Below, piece after piece: positions 1 to 47,479 of a stretch of 64,000 nt of DNA (position 1 is its first letter; every line of letters starts with the position of its first letter). The DNA comes from Paraspadella gotoi (Eukaryota; Animalia; Chaetognatha): positions 13,722,813-13,786,812 of the forward strand of contig CM119264.1 of assembly GCA_051294375.1 (NCBI GenBank). Direction: 5' to 3'. Under the pieces are notes generated by a model. That model did no database searches and was not told the DNA's origin. It saw only the letters and a list, made by a program, of their open reading frames with translations. A program made the translations under genes and the position numbers.

Positions 1-6
1 GACGTC

Positions 7-3000
7 TTGATTGATAATAAAAGGGAGAAGGATAACGACGTCGATAATAAAGACGAAGAGGATGATAAAGAAGACGTCGTTAACGACGATAAGGGCAAGG
101 ACGAATGCCACGATGTCAGAAATGCTGGACATATCTTCGACGAATTTTCTGAGAGAGATTATTACACTGCGATTAACGAGAATTCACTCGAATTGAAGCA
201 AGATACTCATAAAAGTTCTTGTAACTCGGAGAAAAGAGGCAAAGACGAGGAAAGCCAGGTTAAAGACCGAAAATCACAACCTCTTGGCGTGGAACAGTTC
301 CGACGCTTGGAAGGAAAAGCGGAACCCGTCGAAGTTGAGGAAGAAAAAGAGAAAAGGAAAGATGAGTTCCATCGAGCGAATCTCGGCCTCGCCACCGATT
401 CCTTTGTTGATCCCATTTTTTCCGCCGCGCCCACTTTTGACAGCGACGCGGCTGAGGCCAACGACTCCGACGCCGACGCGTCAACGACAACGACGACGAC
501 AATCACTTCCGGTCGTGACGACGACGCCGAAATCCACTCGGCGCCGGACACCATCGCTTCCGGCACCGAAACCAGCGCCGATTCCATCGAGAATTCGGGT
601 CGGGACGGCGACGGCCTTGGCTGCGGCGTCGGTTCCATTGGCGGACAGAGATATTCCATCCTTTTCATCGCAAAACGACGACGAGTTGAGAGAAATTCTT
701 CTTACAGGAGATCGATTCGGGAAAGAATGGAAGATGATGGAGGAAATGAGGAGGAGGAAGAAGGAGAGGGAGAGAAAGGGGAAAAAGAAGAGGGAGGAAA
801 AAGAGAGGAAAAGGAAGACGGAGGAAATGAGGAGGAAGAAGAAGGAGAGAGGGAGAAAGGGGAAGGAGAAGAGGGAGGGAAAAGGGAGGAAAAGGGAGAC
901 ATTGAAAATGAGGAGGAAGAAGAAAGAGAGGGGGAGAGAGGGGAAGGAGAAGTGGGAGGAATAAGGAAGGAAAAGGGAGACGAAAAAAACGAAAAATATT
1001 CAACTTGTTCCGGGGTTGGGGGAGAGACGAAAAATGTGGCTTTATTAAAAGGAAAAACGGTTGGAAGAGAAAAGGAGTTAGGTGTGGAAGAAAAGGAGGA
1101 AAAAAGAGGAAGAGAAAACGAGAGAAAGAAGAAGAAAAAAGAAAAAGGAGGAACGGAAAACAGAGAAGAGAAATTGAAAGCGGAAAAATATGGCGACGCG
1201 AAGAAAAAAGAAGAAGAGGTGGAGAAAATAAATCGAGAGGCGAAAAGGAAAACAAAGACACTCAAGACTGAAATTCCCTCGACCTTTTCAGCATACTCTT
1301 CGTCGTCGTCGTCGTCGTCGCTGTTGCCTCTGCCATCACCGCCAACGCCATCTCCTGCATCGAATCCGTTTTACTCACCCAAGCGAAAACAAATGCCCCC
1401 GAATGAGAATGGAGAAAGTCGACACAAAAAGGATTCCAACATAAAATTTGAATATAAATTTTTTGAGGCGGAGGAGAAAAGATCCGACGAAAAAAACGAC
1501 GACGACGACGACGACGACAACAGCGACGATGAAATCCACGAATCCGCTGCCCTGACGTCAAATCAATCCGACAAAACCGAACTTGCTTCCTTCGTTACAA
1601 TTTCCGCCAACGAAAACAAAAAATTGAAAGACGCAATCGACCAACTAGCGGGTGATTCAAAGCATAAACTAACGAAGAATGAAAGGAGAAATGAAGACGT
1701 CACATTCGACGCGCCAACAGTTGTCAATCCTCAGATTCACTTTCACTGCTACCCGGTGATTAACCCGCTGATTAACCCGGTGATCCAACCTGGGATTCCA
1801 TGCGCCGCACTCTGTCGAAATCTCTTTCTTCGAGGCCTCCATCCCTTGGACCGACTCCGAGGTTCCGAACGATGGGTCATGCCCGATCACTATCAATATC
1901 GCTGGGGTCGAGAAGGAGGATCAGCGTTCTCGACGGGTCACGATGCCAGGCAAGCGGTTCCTCACAGGATCTTTCAATCTTACAACAATCAGTCAGGCAA
2001 AGGGAGAACTCATTTAGTTTTCAGCCAATCGGACGCAGAACTTTTCCCTCCGGCATCGACGATCGACTCCGGGTCAGGAAAATTCGATTCTGCGCATCAT
2101 TGTAATCGAAGCGTCGACGCCGATAACGACGACGACAAAAAACCAAAATATCAAGAATATAAAAAACAAGAACAAGGAAAACAAAGACAAAAACAACAAG
2201 AAAACTTGAACGGCCAACGGATAGTCGCCAATGACAATGCAATAACTTCCTGGCGCGATTCGACGATACAACGCGTTCGATGGATTCACCCGGCGCCGCG
2301 AACGACAACTCTCGACAATGACGACCAACAGCACCGCAATCTGCAACAACACCATCAACATCAGCAGAACCATCAACGTTATCGTCATGAAAGTCTTTCG
2401 TCTGATCTCTCGCGTCAAAGGGAGGCGAATCTCTGGCAACAATGCAATCGCTTTACCGTGGGACAACGACGACATGAAAACGTCGTAGACCGTTCAAGCG
2501 TCGGCGTTGATGGACAATATCTGCTTTTGGATCGACGATATCATTTTTCAAATTGGCGAAATCGAAGATCGCCGGAGTTTTATCCCAGTATCTCCCCAGA
2601 CGCCGCCGTCCCACGCTCTGCCGCCTGCACTTCGCACGTCGACGCTCCCCCCGCAAACGCCGCCGCTAACGCAGCCCTTGTCGCCGCCTCTCTTCCCTTC
2701 TTTCCCAAAAGCTCCCAAGATAATCCTGACTCCCTTATTTGTTCCCCGTCCGATTTTCGCTTCGCCTGTTCCCGTCGTGATCAGCCACTCTTTCCAAGGA
2801 TCCCATTCAAATCCGTTTACTTCCCCCGTACCCAACTTGAAATGGCTCAACCCCTACCCCCAATCGATGGTCCCTTCTCGAGTCAGCGTTTGGCCTCGAT
2901 CCCACGTTTACCCGCCGACCACAACGCCCCTCCGATGAACACTTTTGGCGACGATCGCGTTCATCCGCGGCGTAGTCACGTCGTCGTTTTCGTCGACGCC

Positions 3001-3045
3001 CACAGATGGCAGAATCGAGATTCGCAGTACGAAATTTTACTTTGA
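7..3045 (+). CDS. Long low-complexity ORF (D/E/K-rich N-half, Q/H/P-rich C-half), no recognisable domain; probably a large exon or single-exon gene
   Basis: 1012 open codons. A 27-aa repeat inside varies at synonymous positions (gat/gac, gag/gaa, aga/agg). The listed start is TTG, so the true start is unknown. The last ~150 codons are uncertain because another frame (2945-3160) also reads as plausible protein. Confidence 0.55.
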   Translation: MIDNKREKDNDVDNKDEEDDKEDVVNDDKGKDECHDVRNAGHIFDEFSERDYYTAINENSLELKQDTHKSSCNSEKRGKDEESQVKDRKSQPLGVEQFRRLEGKAEPVEVEEEKEKRKDEFHRANLGLATDSFVDPIFSAAPTFDSDAAEANDSDADASTTTTTTITSGRDDDAEIHSAPDTIASGTETSADSIENSGRDGDGLGCGVGSIGGQRYSILFIAKRRRVERNSSYRRSIRERMEDDGGNEEEEEGEGEKGEKEEGGKREEKEDGGNEEEEEGEREKGEGEEGGKREEKGDIENEEEEEREGERGEGEVGGIRKEKGDEKNEKYSTCSGVGGETKNVALLKGKTVGREKELGVEEKEEKRGRENERKKKKKEKGGTENREEKLKAEKYGDAKKKEEEVEKINREAKRKTKTLKTEIPSTFSAYSSSSSSSSLLPLPSPPTPSPASNPFYSPKRKQMPPNENGESRHKKDSNIKFEYKFFEAEEKRSDEKNDDDDDDDNSDDEIHESAALTSNQSDKTELASFVTISANENKKLKDAIDQLAGDSKHKLTKNERRNEDVTFDAPTVVNPQIHFHCYPVINPLINPVIQPGIPCAALCRNLFLRGLHPLDRLRGSERWVMPDHYQYRWGREGGSAFSTGHDARQAVPHRIFQSYNNQSGKGRTHLVFSQSDAELFPPASTIDSGSGKFDSAHHCNRSVDADNDDDKKPKYQEYKKQEQGKQRQKQQENLNGQRIVANDNAITSWRDSTIQRVRWIHPAPRTTTLDNDDQQHRNLQQHHQHQQNHQRYRHESLSSDLSRQREANLWQQCNRFTVGQRRHENVVDRSSVGVDGQYLLLDRRYHFSNWRNRRSPEFYPSISPDAAVPRSAACTSHVDAPPANAAANAALVAASLPFFPKSSQDNPDSLICSPSDFRFACSRRDQPLFPRIPFKSVYFPRTQLEMAQPLPPIDGPFSSQRLASIPRLPADHNAPPMNTFGDDRVHPRRSHVVVFVDAHRWQNRDSQYEILL
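736..978 (+). repeat. Three in-frame 81-bp (27-aa) tandem repeats, DGGNEEEEEGEGEKGEKEEGGKREEKE-type
   Basis: Units begin at 736, 817 and 898 (DGGNEEEEE, DGGNEEEEE, DIENEEEEE); the third is more diverged. Confidence 0.9.
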
Positions 3046-3500
3046 AACAAAAGGCAACTTGGATCTTGAGATCGTCGAAGCCTTTAACTCAAGGCCGTTA
3101 ATTTTTCAAAAAGAGAATAAGAACGTTGATAGATTTCTAAAGAATTTTAAAAGGGAATAAGTAATTGTAAAGGGTGAGGTAAAGCGTGAATGAAATCGAA
3201 TGGAGTCTCGTTTTAAATTTTAATATCAAAAACCAATTATGAATAGACAAAGATTAAAGATAATATATTTAAATTGACTCTCTCTGAAACTCACGCTCTT
3301 GCTCTCACTTTTCTCCCTTTATTCTTTTTCTTCACGCCCTTGTGGGACAAAGGATCCAAAGAACAAGGTTAATGTTTTCACCAATGAAATTAAAAAATGG
3401 GAAAAAAAAATTCTTACGATCCACTTTTTGTTCCCATTGAGTCTAAAATAATGTATTTTTAATGTATTTTGAACCTTGATATTTTTTGAAACGGAATATA

Positions 3501-3730
3501 TGTGGATAAGGTGCTAAGTGGGCTGAAGATGACTATCCGTAACTTCTATAACCCCCTCTAGCAGACATGGAACGGGTCCTGGGCTTGGAACCAGGCTTGA
3601 GGGTTTGCCACGCCCCCAAGGCGGCTTACGGCCATCCTCACTCTTCCCGCAGGGTAGGTACCGGGTTGGGATTGAACCCGGTATCTAGTGGTCATGAGCT
3701 GATGGCTTTACTCAATGAGCCACCGGGTCA
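3501..3730 (-). mobile_element. tRNA-derived SINE-like element
   Basis: Minus strand reads gacccggTGGCTCATTGAGtaaagccatcagctcatgaccactagataccgGGTTCAATCCcaacccgg: Pol III A-box-like (3711-3722) and B-box (3668-3678) at tRNA spacing, degenerate stems, then ~160 bp of GC-balanced body in AT-rich DNA. Only one copy in the window. Confidence 0.6.
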
Positions 3731-3902
3731 CAACTGAAATAATCATGCTTATAGGCGGGGTGAACCTAGGCAATGCCCGACTACATATATTTAAAGTTTT
3801 TCTTTTGGACGTAATTAATAAAATTTTTACACAAAATGTTAATTTCTTGCATTCAAATTAAAAAAAGCAATCAATCCTTTCGTCAAGAAGTAGTTTTTCA
3901 AG

Positions 3903-39191
<35,289 letters not shown>

Positions 39192-39691
39192 GATCCAACG
39201 AAATGAAAAGAGTTTATAATAAATAAGTCATTAGAATTTACTAATAGAATCTCTAAGGACGTCGACCTATAACTAAACATTCAATTAAAACAAAACTTTC
39301 GCCCCAAGTAGACACATTCCGGGAGAAAGCAATCGAAGTCAAAGACCCTTTCGCGATTTCTCGTCGCGGGTTTCGTAGCGAAGCTTGAAATTTGTGAATC
39401 TATGCAGTTTAATTTCTTTAATCGGGAGAAGTAATTTTTTTTATGTTACGCAACATAGAAATAAATATGAACGTAGGTAGAGCGTAGTCGTAATTGTTAT
39501 AGAAACTAAAATGTAATCGTGCCAATTTATTGAATTTGTTTAAATTTTTTTTTTTTTTTTAAATTTCTAGCCGATTTATCGGCTAAAATCACTGTAGATC
39601 ATGAACACATTTGTTGCTCTCTCCAGTTTTAATTTTTATTATTTCTTTTTTTCCCTTCTTCTTCTTCTTTTTCTTTTTCTTTTTCTTTTTC

Positions 39692-39800
<109 letters not shown>

Positions 39801-42610
39801 CGCACACTCATCATCTTTATTATTTGTTGCCCGTAATTTGTTTGAAACTGACCAAATCTGCTTTATTCTCGTTTGGACTCGGAACATTTCTATAATCAAA
39901 AATCTCCAGACGAAACTTTTCAATCAAAAACTTGAATTTCAAAAAAAGTCATAATTCCTGAGAAAAAAAAACCCGTAACGTGCCGCCTGATTCTTACAAT
40001 CATAGATTATGCCCCTCTCTCGCCTCTCCCGCTGAATTAAAAAAATCAAAAACTAATCATCGGAACTGTAGATTTAAATGTCGTAGTTTGGACGTCTGTA
40101 CATCAATAACGCATGAGCAAAAGTCATCTTTTTTTTTTTTCATATCGTAACTAAACAAAAACGCTTCTAGTTTTTTTTATTCCTTAATTTGTTTCCCGCA
40201 ATTGTTAGTTAATCTGTTTTGTTAATTTATCGAATATGATTGTTATCGTCGTCTTGATATCGTCTCCACATTTTTTTTGCATCGCAAAAAATTAAACGAT
40301 CACCAAATTGCAAAATTGTTTTATGTTTATACTCATTTGTTTTTTTATTCGATTTTTTTTTTTTTAGGACGCAAACTGTAGCGTCGCTCGATTTTTTTTT
40401 CTTTTTTCTACCAATGAAATCGCTTTGTTTCAAACTTGCAATCGTGATTAGCCAATTACGTTAAAGAAATAGCTTATCACTGTTACGTTGTTCTGTTATT
40501 CGCAAGAGTCTTAAACTTTGCATGAGGTCTCATTTTGCATCAGCGAACTTTTAAAAATTGTCATTTCACATCGCTCTCGCTCTTCTGCCTGTAACTAACT
40601 GAAAGCTTAATCAATACAGTTGAATGACACTACTTTGCTAGTATTTATTTTTTTTTTAATTAAAAAGAGGCAAAAAGTTTTTCTTTCGAAGTCATCTTCG
40701 TTTAGACTTTCTTGAAGTAATTTAGTGTTTATGAGTCGTCATGGATACTACAGGTAATCTATTTTATTCTAATTAAGGCACGATTGACCCCCCAGTTCGT
40801 ATAAACCGGCTCAGCGAGTTTTTCGCCGCGTTGAGCAAAGAACATAAATTTACGTGTAATGATCGTCAAAGCAAGAGGAACGACACAGAAAAAGAAGCGA
40901 ATGTAACATTCTCTCCAAGCATACAAAGGTAATACGTAAAATAAAAAGTCGCTACATTCCACAAAAGCGGTTAGAATAAGAACATTAAGAAAGAACACGG
41001 GCCTCAGTCATGGAAAGAGAATAAAAAGTTGAACTCAACGAACCCGTTATTTTTGGAAGGTACAAAACTGCAAGAATACGTTATGGTTGATTGACGAAAA
41101 ACGGAGAGAAAACGAATGTAAATGGGAGTAATAAATCTTGGTGACCAGTGAAGGGTAAAACAGTTCTCCATGGTTTGCTTCATACCAAATTTTTTCTATC
41201 ATCTTGGACATTGCTCTTTCCAAAGATCCGAAAATATGTAAAAGACTAACACCGCGATGACAGAGAGAGAGATGATGAGAGCAACGGCGAGAACAATAGA
41301 CATTCGGGTGCAGAGCATCTGTCGACCGACTCCTCCGAAGGCGGCTTCCGAGACGGTGAAGCCGACACCAGTCGTGGGTGCGTCGACTGCGCTCGTGCGT
41401 CGTACGTCTTTGAGCCCGAGCGTCCTCCTTTGATTTTGAATGCCTGAGAAAGTCGAGTGTTATTTTCGTCATTGGACCTAAAGCGATTTTGATTAATTTT
41501 GGTTCCTTTGAGTCCTTAAATGTAGTTTATTAGGATGATATTTTATTTAGCGATTTTTTTTTTTTAAATGGAATCATGAATAAAATGTTATGAACTTATT
41601 TAGTGATTTTGTTTAACAAAAATTTATACACTAAACTATATAATTTCAGAATTAACTTCGTAAAAGTTTAATAATCGATTTTGAAAGTCATTGACATAAA
41701 TCTTCTACAACCAAGAAATTGTCAAAAGAGAAAAATAAGGCCGACTGCGAAAAGCGACCTCGTTAAAAAAAATTTGGTTTCAAGTTTTTAATTAATTAAC
41801 ACATATTGCAGACATGGTTCTTTCGTGCTTATTTTTTTTGCGTTGCGTTTGAAATTAAATTTTTATGAAGATATTTTTGTTTTGTTTACAGACAACCAAT
41901 TCGATGTCTGTGATTCACAATGTGAACAATGAAATAATTCTGAACTCACTTTGTATAAGTTAATTTGGGTGACAACCAGTCAAACATGACTGCATGATCT
42001 AATCCTATAAAAAAATGCTCAGAAAAATTAATCATAGAAGTTTTTAACTTACTCGACAGGTCCATTTTAACCATTTTCTTTTTCTCCATTTCGAAGTTGA
42101 TTATCCAATCAAGTTTTCGGGAACGGTGTCGAAATGAAATTAGAAAGTAAATAAGTCGAGGTTGTATTTTATATTTTCTTTTGTGTGTGTGTTTCTAGTT
42201 TTTTTTCTGAATATTTGTGCAGTTTATTCCGAGAGTAAAAAGAGATGGTTTCACCATCTTAGGAATCGTCAAACCGGATTTTTTACGGCGTCTTTGGGAC
42301 CGGTATTTGCTCTCAAATTGCCTAGACGAAGTCATCCAGATTTGGCTACATTAAAAGTTGATCGCGATGTGAACGACCGCATATATGGCAAATCTTGCCC
42401 AAACTCGTTATCTATATAGAAGAGTCGTTGACGATTAGATCTTAATTATATGTAATCGTAGCTTGGTGTGACATTATTTGAGAAAGAGGTTAAAAAAAAT
42501 AAAATAAAATAAAACTGGTCCAATCTGTTTTGATAGAAAACTTTTCTTTATTTTTTTTCTTTCCTAATCGTCTTTCTGAATCTGAATCTGAAGGAAAAGG
42601 TTTAATTATA

Positions 42611-43140
42611 ACTCTGGGAGTGAACAAGCGAGACTGTGAGAGAGTCTTGACTGAAAGCTTGCAGGGACCTGCTATGTCATTATCTTGTAAGAGTGATGGA
42701 GGCCTTAAACTACCGAAGCCTGTCCAAAGTCAGGGGCAAGATATGATATGAATTAGCGCCGTTATAGTCATACCGGTAATTTAGAGGAAGCGACTCTATG
42801 AAAATCTTGAGGATAAGGTCAAGTTTGTCTTAAGCTATGTACCAATAATCAATAGGTGATTGATTAATGATTATTTATTTAAAAAATAAGAAAATAAACA
42901 ATAAATGTTTTCTAGAATGAAATGCCTAAAACTGTTCTGATACTCTTATATTATAAATCGCCTCAGTACAACCAATATAAAAATTAACCATTCATTTAAT
43001 AAATAAGCTATCTTGCTCCTGACTTTGGACTGGCTTTGGTGGTTTAAGGCCTCTATCACTCTTACAAGATAATGACATAGCAGGTCACTGCAAGCTTTCA
43101 GTCAAGACTCTCTCACAGTCTCGTTTATTCACTCCCCGAG
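42611..43140. repeat. Inverted pair of the 5614 repeat family (~132-bp arms, ~265-bp spacer)
   Basis: 42611-42743 is the reverse complement of 43009-43140 with scattered mismatches; no target-site duplication seen. Confidence 0.85.
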
Positions 43141-43997
43141 TTCCTTCACGTCTTTTGTTTTTCGTTTATGCGTTTATATTCAGTCTTTAGTCCCACCTGG
43201 TGAACGATTGAAGTACAAATATTTTGATAAGATTTAGGACTTGTAAAATATATACTCATTACTCAAGCGAATGGAAAAAAGTTTTTATTTAAGTAATAGA
43301 CTTAGAACAAGAAAGTGGAAGCCAATATCATTCCAAGTTATAAACTGGAATAGAAACTCGAAACTAGAAACAAGTTTATTAAACCAACGACATGAAAAAT
43401 TTTAAATTGAAATCGAATCTAAATTAAATAGATGTCTTCAAACATTAATCAAAGTTATGAAAACAAAACCAAAAAACAGGTAAAAAAAACAACATATGAC
43501 CGTCTGGGCCTCCCGACTTTTTTCCACGTCGTCACAGCCTTTCATTCTCTAAATCGCATTTCATTCAGACGTAACTCGAATATTCACGCTCCCCATCACT
43601 CACCCCGTTCACATCGCTGCTCCGTCAGATAGTTTTATTAACTACTTTTATTAACCACTAATCCATAACCAAATCCCTAACTTTAATCTTGAAACAAAAC
43701 AAAAACTAAAATAAACAAAAAATTTTTTTGATTTTTTGTTGAAATAGGGCGGCTTTGGAAAACGTGGCCCTTTTCTCTTCAACCTTCGCTCGCTTTTTTC
43801 TATCAGTGATTCTTCATATGTGGTTGTGCTTAATAGAACTGAATTCGACAAATCTGTTTTACTTTTCAAATTTTACGCGAAATTCACTGGAGCATTCGAT
43901 GATAACCCCTCGCGCACCATCAGAGCACCAACTCATTCCAGAGCCATTTACGTATCTCTCCGTCTCTATCTGTCTCTGTCTTCCTCTCTCCCCCCCC

Positions 43998-44035
<38 letters not shown>

Positions 44036-44084
44036 CTTGCGCATTCAACCCTCGCCACGAAAGCGCCATAGAGAGAGAGAGAGA

Positions 44085-44153
<69 letters not shown>

Positions 44154-44169
44154 TAAAGGCGATATGAGA

Positions 44170-44226
<57 letters not shown>

Positions 44227-44480
44227 AAGAGAGAGAGATGAGAAGAGTAAAGCGACGCCCCTATTTGGGGCGCGCGATCGCTCGTGAACTTGAGACGTTC
44301 TTCGTCTGCACGTGACTGACGAACGAGACGCTGCGCGCGCGATGCGTGTCGATCAATGGGAGGAGGAAGAGGATGAGGATGAGGAGGAGAAGCCGGCCGG
44401 AGAAGACAAAGCTTGTTAGAAACCGGGACACGTTACAACGTAGACCATTAGGACGATTCATCTCTCTCTCTCTTCTCTCT

Positions 44481-44538
<58 letters not shown>

Positions 44539-44607
44539 ATCTGGCAGAAAGCATTTCTGTCCCCGTTTTGGTTTTCATAATATATGTTTCTCTCTCTCTC
44601 TCTCCTT

Positions 44608-44644
<37 letters not shown>

Positions 44645-45977
44645 CTCTCATATCGCTATCATCCAACTGGGAACACGCGTGATTCACACGAGAGAGACCT
44701 TGAATTTTTTTTAGTTTTGTCATCTATCATCATCATCATCATCATCATAATCATCATCGTCATCATCATCGTCTTCACTTTTCAATTACATCCTCGAAAT
44801 TCTATTTTCGTGTCATCGCAGTTATAATCGTCTCCATCACCGTCGTCGTCGTCGTCGTCGTCGTCACCGTCATCGCCTCGATTCTCCTTTTTATTTCCTT
44901 CTACTTGGTCTTCGTCGTCGTCGTCGTCGTCGTCGTCGTTTATTCCTTCCTTCCCGCTGTTTTGCAGAAGAACAAAAGAAGACAACGAAATAAATCCTGG
45001 AAAAAATCCTCTTCAGATTTTTTTTTCTTTCGTCGGTTTTTCCTATTTTTTTTCAGTCTTTATTTTTCGTCTTTTTTCTTTTCTTGTTCTCAATGGAAAA
45101 ACCATGAGCACAACCAATTCACCAGGTGGTTTAAGACGAATGACGAACCTACTTATCACGCGGATTCGGTTTTCCCATCAAACGGCGGAATTTTTAAAAA
45201 TTACTGGTAGTTTCTCATGATAACCCGCGCATATATTACGGATTGACTCGTCTCGCTTACTGTTACACCATATCAAAATAGATGGGAGACTTGTAACGGT
45301 CCCTAGAAAAAATTACAGTATGTATTAAGGATCCTTCCAAATTGTTTTGCCTCCCTTCACACACTTCGATAAAAAAAAAGGAAAATCGATTCCTCACGCC
45401 ATTTCGTCTCACGGAGTCACGGGGCGACCTCAGCGTCAACTTTATCGTCGCCACAAGGGGGAATTTCAGAGCCTTAACAATTAATGGTTGAGCTACGAAA
45501 GCGAGAACCGATGCCGAGACAAGCAGAAGAGAGTTCTAGATAACCGAGTATATGATTCAACCGTTAATGGGAAACAATAATGACATAACGACTGAATGCT
45601 TGTGAGCGGTCCACCAAGGAGTCAAAATTTTACCTACGAAGAAGTAAAAAGAATATGAAGAGTCCAAACGGACAACATCGCAATGTCTCGTCGTCGCCAG
45701 TCTTATTCGTTGGATCTGTCCATTGTCCAGTGTCTAGTGCCTGGTCGTCTAACTTGTCTCCATGTCTTTCTCCGTTTGCGTTCTTTCTTGAAATATTGAA
45801 TTCTTTGCGAAGCTCAAATTTTCTTTGTCTTCGGCGAATTCATGCTATTATTATTATTATATTATCGACAATTGGGTAAGTGAGGATTAAGGATTAAGAT
45901 TTAAGGTTTAAAAATTCATAAACTAAGTATATAATAATGGTGTGATAATGGTAATAATAATAACAATTGTGACGTTA

Positions 45978-46070
<93 letters not shown>

Positions 46071-46241
46071 GTAATAATGATAAAAATAATAATAGTATTA
46101 TTAATGATAAGAATAATAATAATTAGGACATGAAAACAAAAAAAATATCGACTTAGTGGGTAATTCCACCACCCTGGTTGTATCTTCGCAATAAAAAAGT
46201 TCAAAAAAGAAAAGTATCTAAGTTTTACTTAATAATAGTCT

Positions 46242-46294
<53 letters not shown>

Positions 46295-46398
46295 AGCGAA
46301 ATGACAGCGAATAAAGGAGAGAAAACCCAGGTATCAATAAACGGACCGAGAGATAACCTTCTTTTCTTGGGGAAAATCCCTAATTTTATTTGGAGGAA

Positions 46399-46448
<50 letters not shown>

Positions 46449-46574
46449 TCCTCTCTCTCTCTCTCTCTCTCTCTCCTCATCTCTCTCGCTGATTTCATTT
46501 CCTTTCTCTCCATACGTTTATTAATGATTCACGCCCATGAGAATCCACAAAAAAAATTATTACGTGTCATTTAA

Positions 46575-47214
46575 GGTCAGGGATCACTCAACCCAAAATT
46601 GTAGCATTCTCAATTTCAAGTATACTAGTACTTCTCTCATATCCTGTAAGAGGTCTTTTATAAAAAAAAATCTGGATTAAAAAAATTAAAAACAGTAAAA
46701 CGAGTTGGACGAACTCCATCATCACATCCCCTTTTTGTGTATTTTGTGGTGAATTTTGAAAAAGTAATGAGTACAGAATTTAACTTTCTTGATGAAGAGA
46801 AGTTGAAAAAAAAGAGTTGCAGCTCAAACCGTTGGACTTATCATAAAGAAAAAAATATCTAGGGCAAGAAAGGAAAGGTGGGGGAGATTCTATGAGTGGG
46901 TTTTTGGAAAAATGGTTTTCGTTTCAAAAATAACAAGGAATTAATGCCAAAAATTGATTAAAATAACCAAATTTTCTATGAAGGAAGGCGAAAATTGAAA
47001 ATATATTTTCACAGAATTGGAGTCCGTCACCTAAAAGTAATTCATGTCAAATTTCATGAGGAACCGCCTTACCGTTTGGGCTGAAACTCTTAAGATAGGT
47101 TTCTTTTATTTTACATAGTAATAAAAAAAGCCAAAAAAAGGGAACGCCTTTGAAAAAATAGTAATGTTAATACATTTTCGCCTATTTATAATTTGAATTA
47201 AGTGATCCCTGACC
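46575..47214. mobile_element. 640-bp non-autonomous DNA transposon (MITE) with TTAA target duplication, Kolobok-like ends
   Basis: TTAA (46571-46574) + GGTCAGGGATCACT ... AGTGATCCCTGACC + TTAA (47215-47218): perfect 14-bp terminal inverted repeats, imperfectly extendable inward; no ORF. TTAA duplication with RR...YY termini fits Kolobok rather than piggyBac (CCC...GGG). Confidence 0.75.
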
Positions 47215-47479
47215 TTAAAGAGAAGGTTTTTCTTACTTAGTTACTTCATTTACCACAAATATCTTAAAATTAGATCTTTTAAAAAGTTCAGCGTTGGATC
47301 GAAGACTTTTACTTAACAAAACAAGTTTTTTTCTGCTGTAATTAAATGCGGGTCATTTCGTCATTTTAAGAAATCGAAAATATTTGAACTAAAACTCGAT
47401 TTTCGACTTTGACATTAAAAAATTTTCACTTGAAAACGACGCTTTTTAAATTTAATGTTCTGAACCTACATCTGACAGC

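Noticed and set aside
207-1265. Long minus-strand S/F/L/P-rich ORFs
   Set aside because: Antisense shadows of the purine-rich plus-strand ORF; the same applies to 38571-39185, 54495-55640 and 62104-63102.
3660-3730. Functional tRNA gene
   Set aside because: Acceptor and T stems pair poorly and there is no oligo-T terminator; treated as a SINE head.
40741-41472. Small plus-strand gene (ATG 40741, 42-nt intron, exon 40796-40928) or the Cys/His-containing minus ORF 41047-41472
   Set aside because: No phase-compatible next exon was found and neither translation has a recognisable motif; the Cys/His spacing does not fit LIM or zinc-finger patterns.
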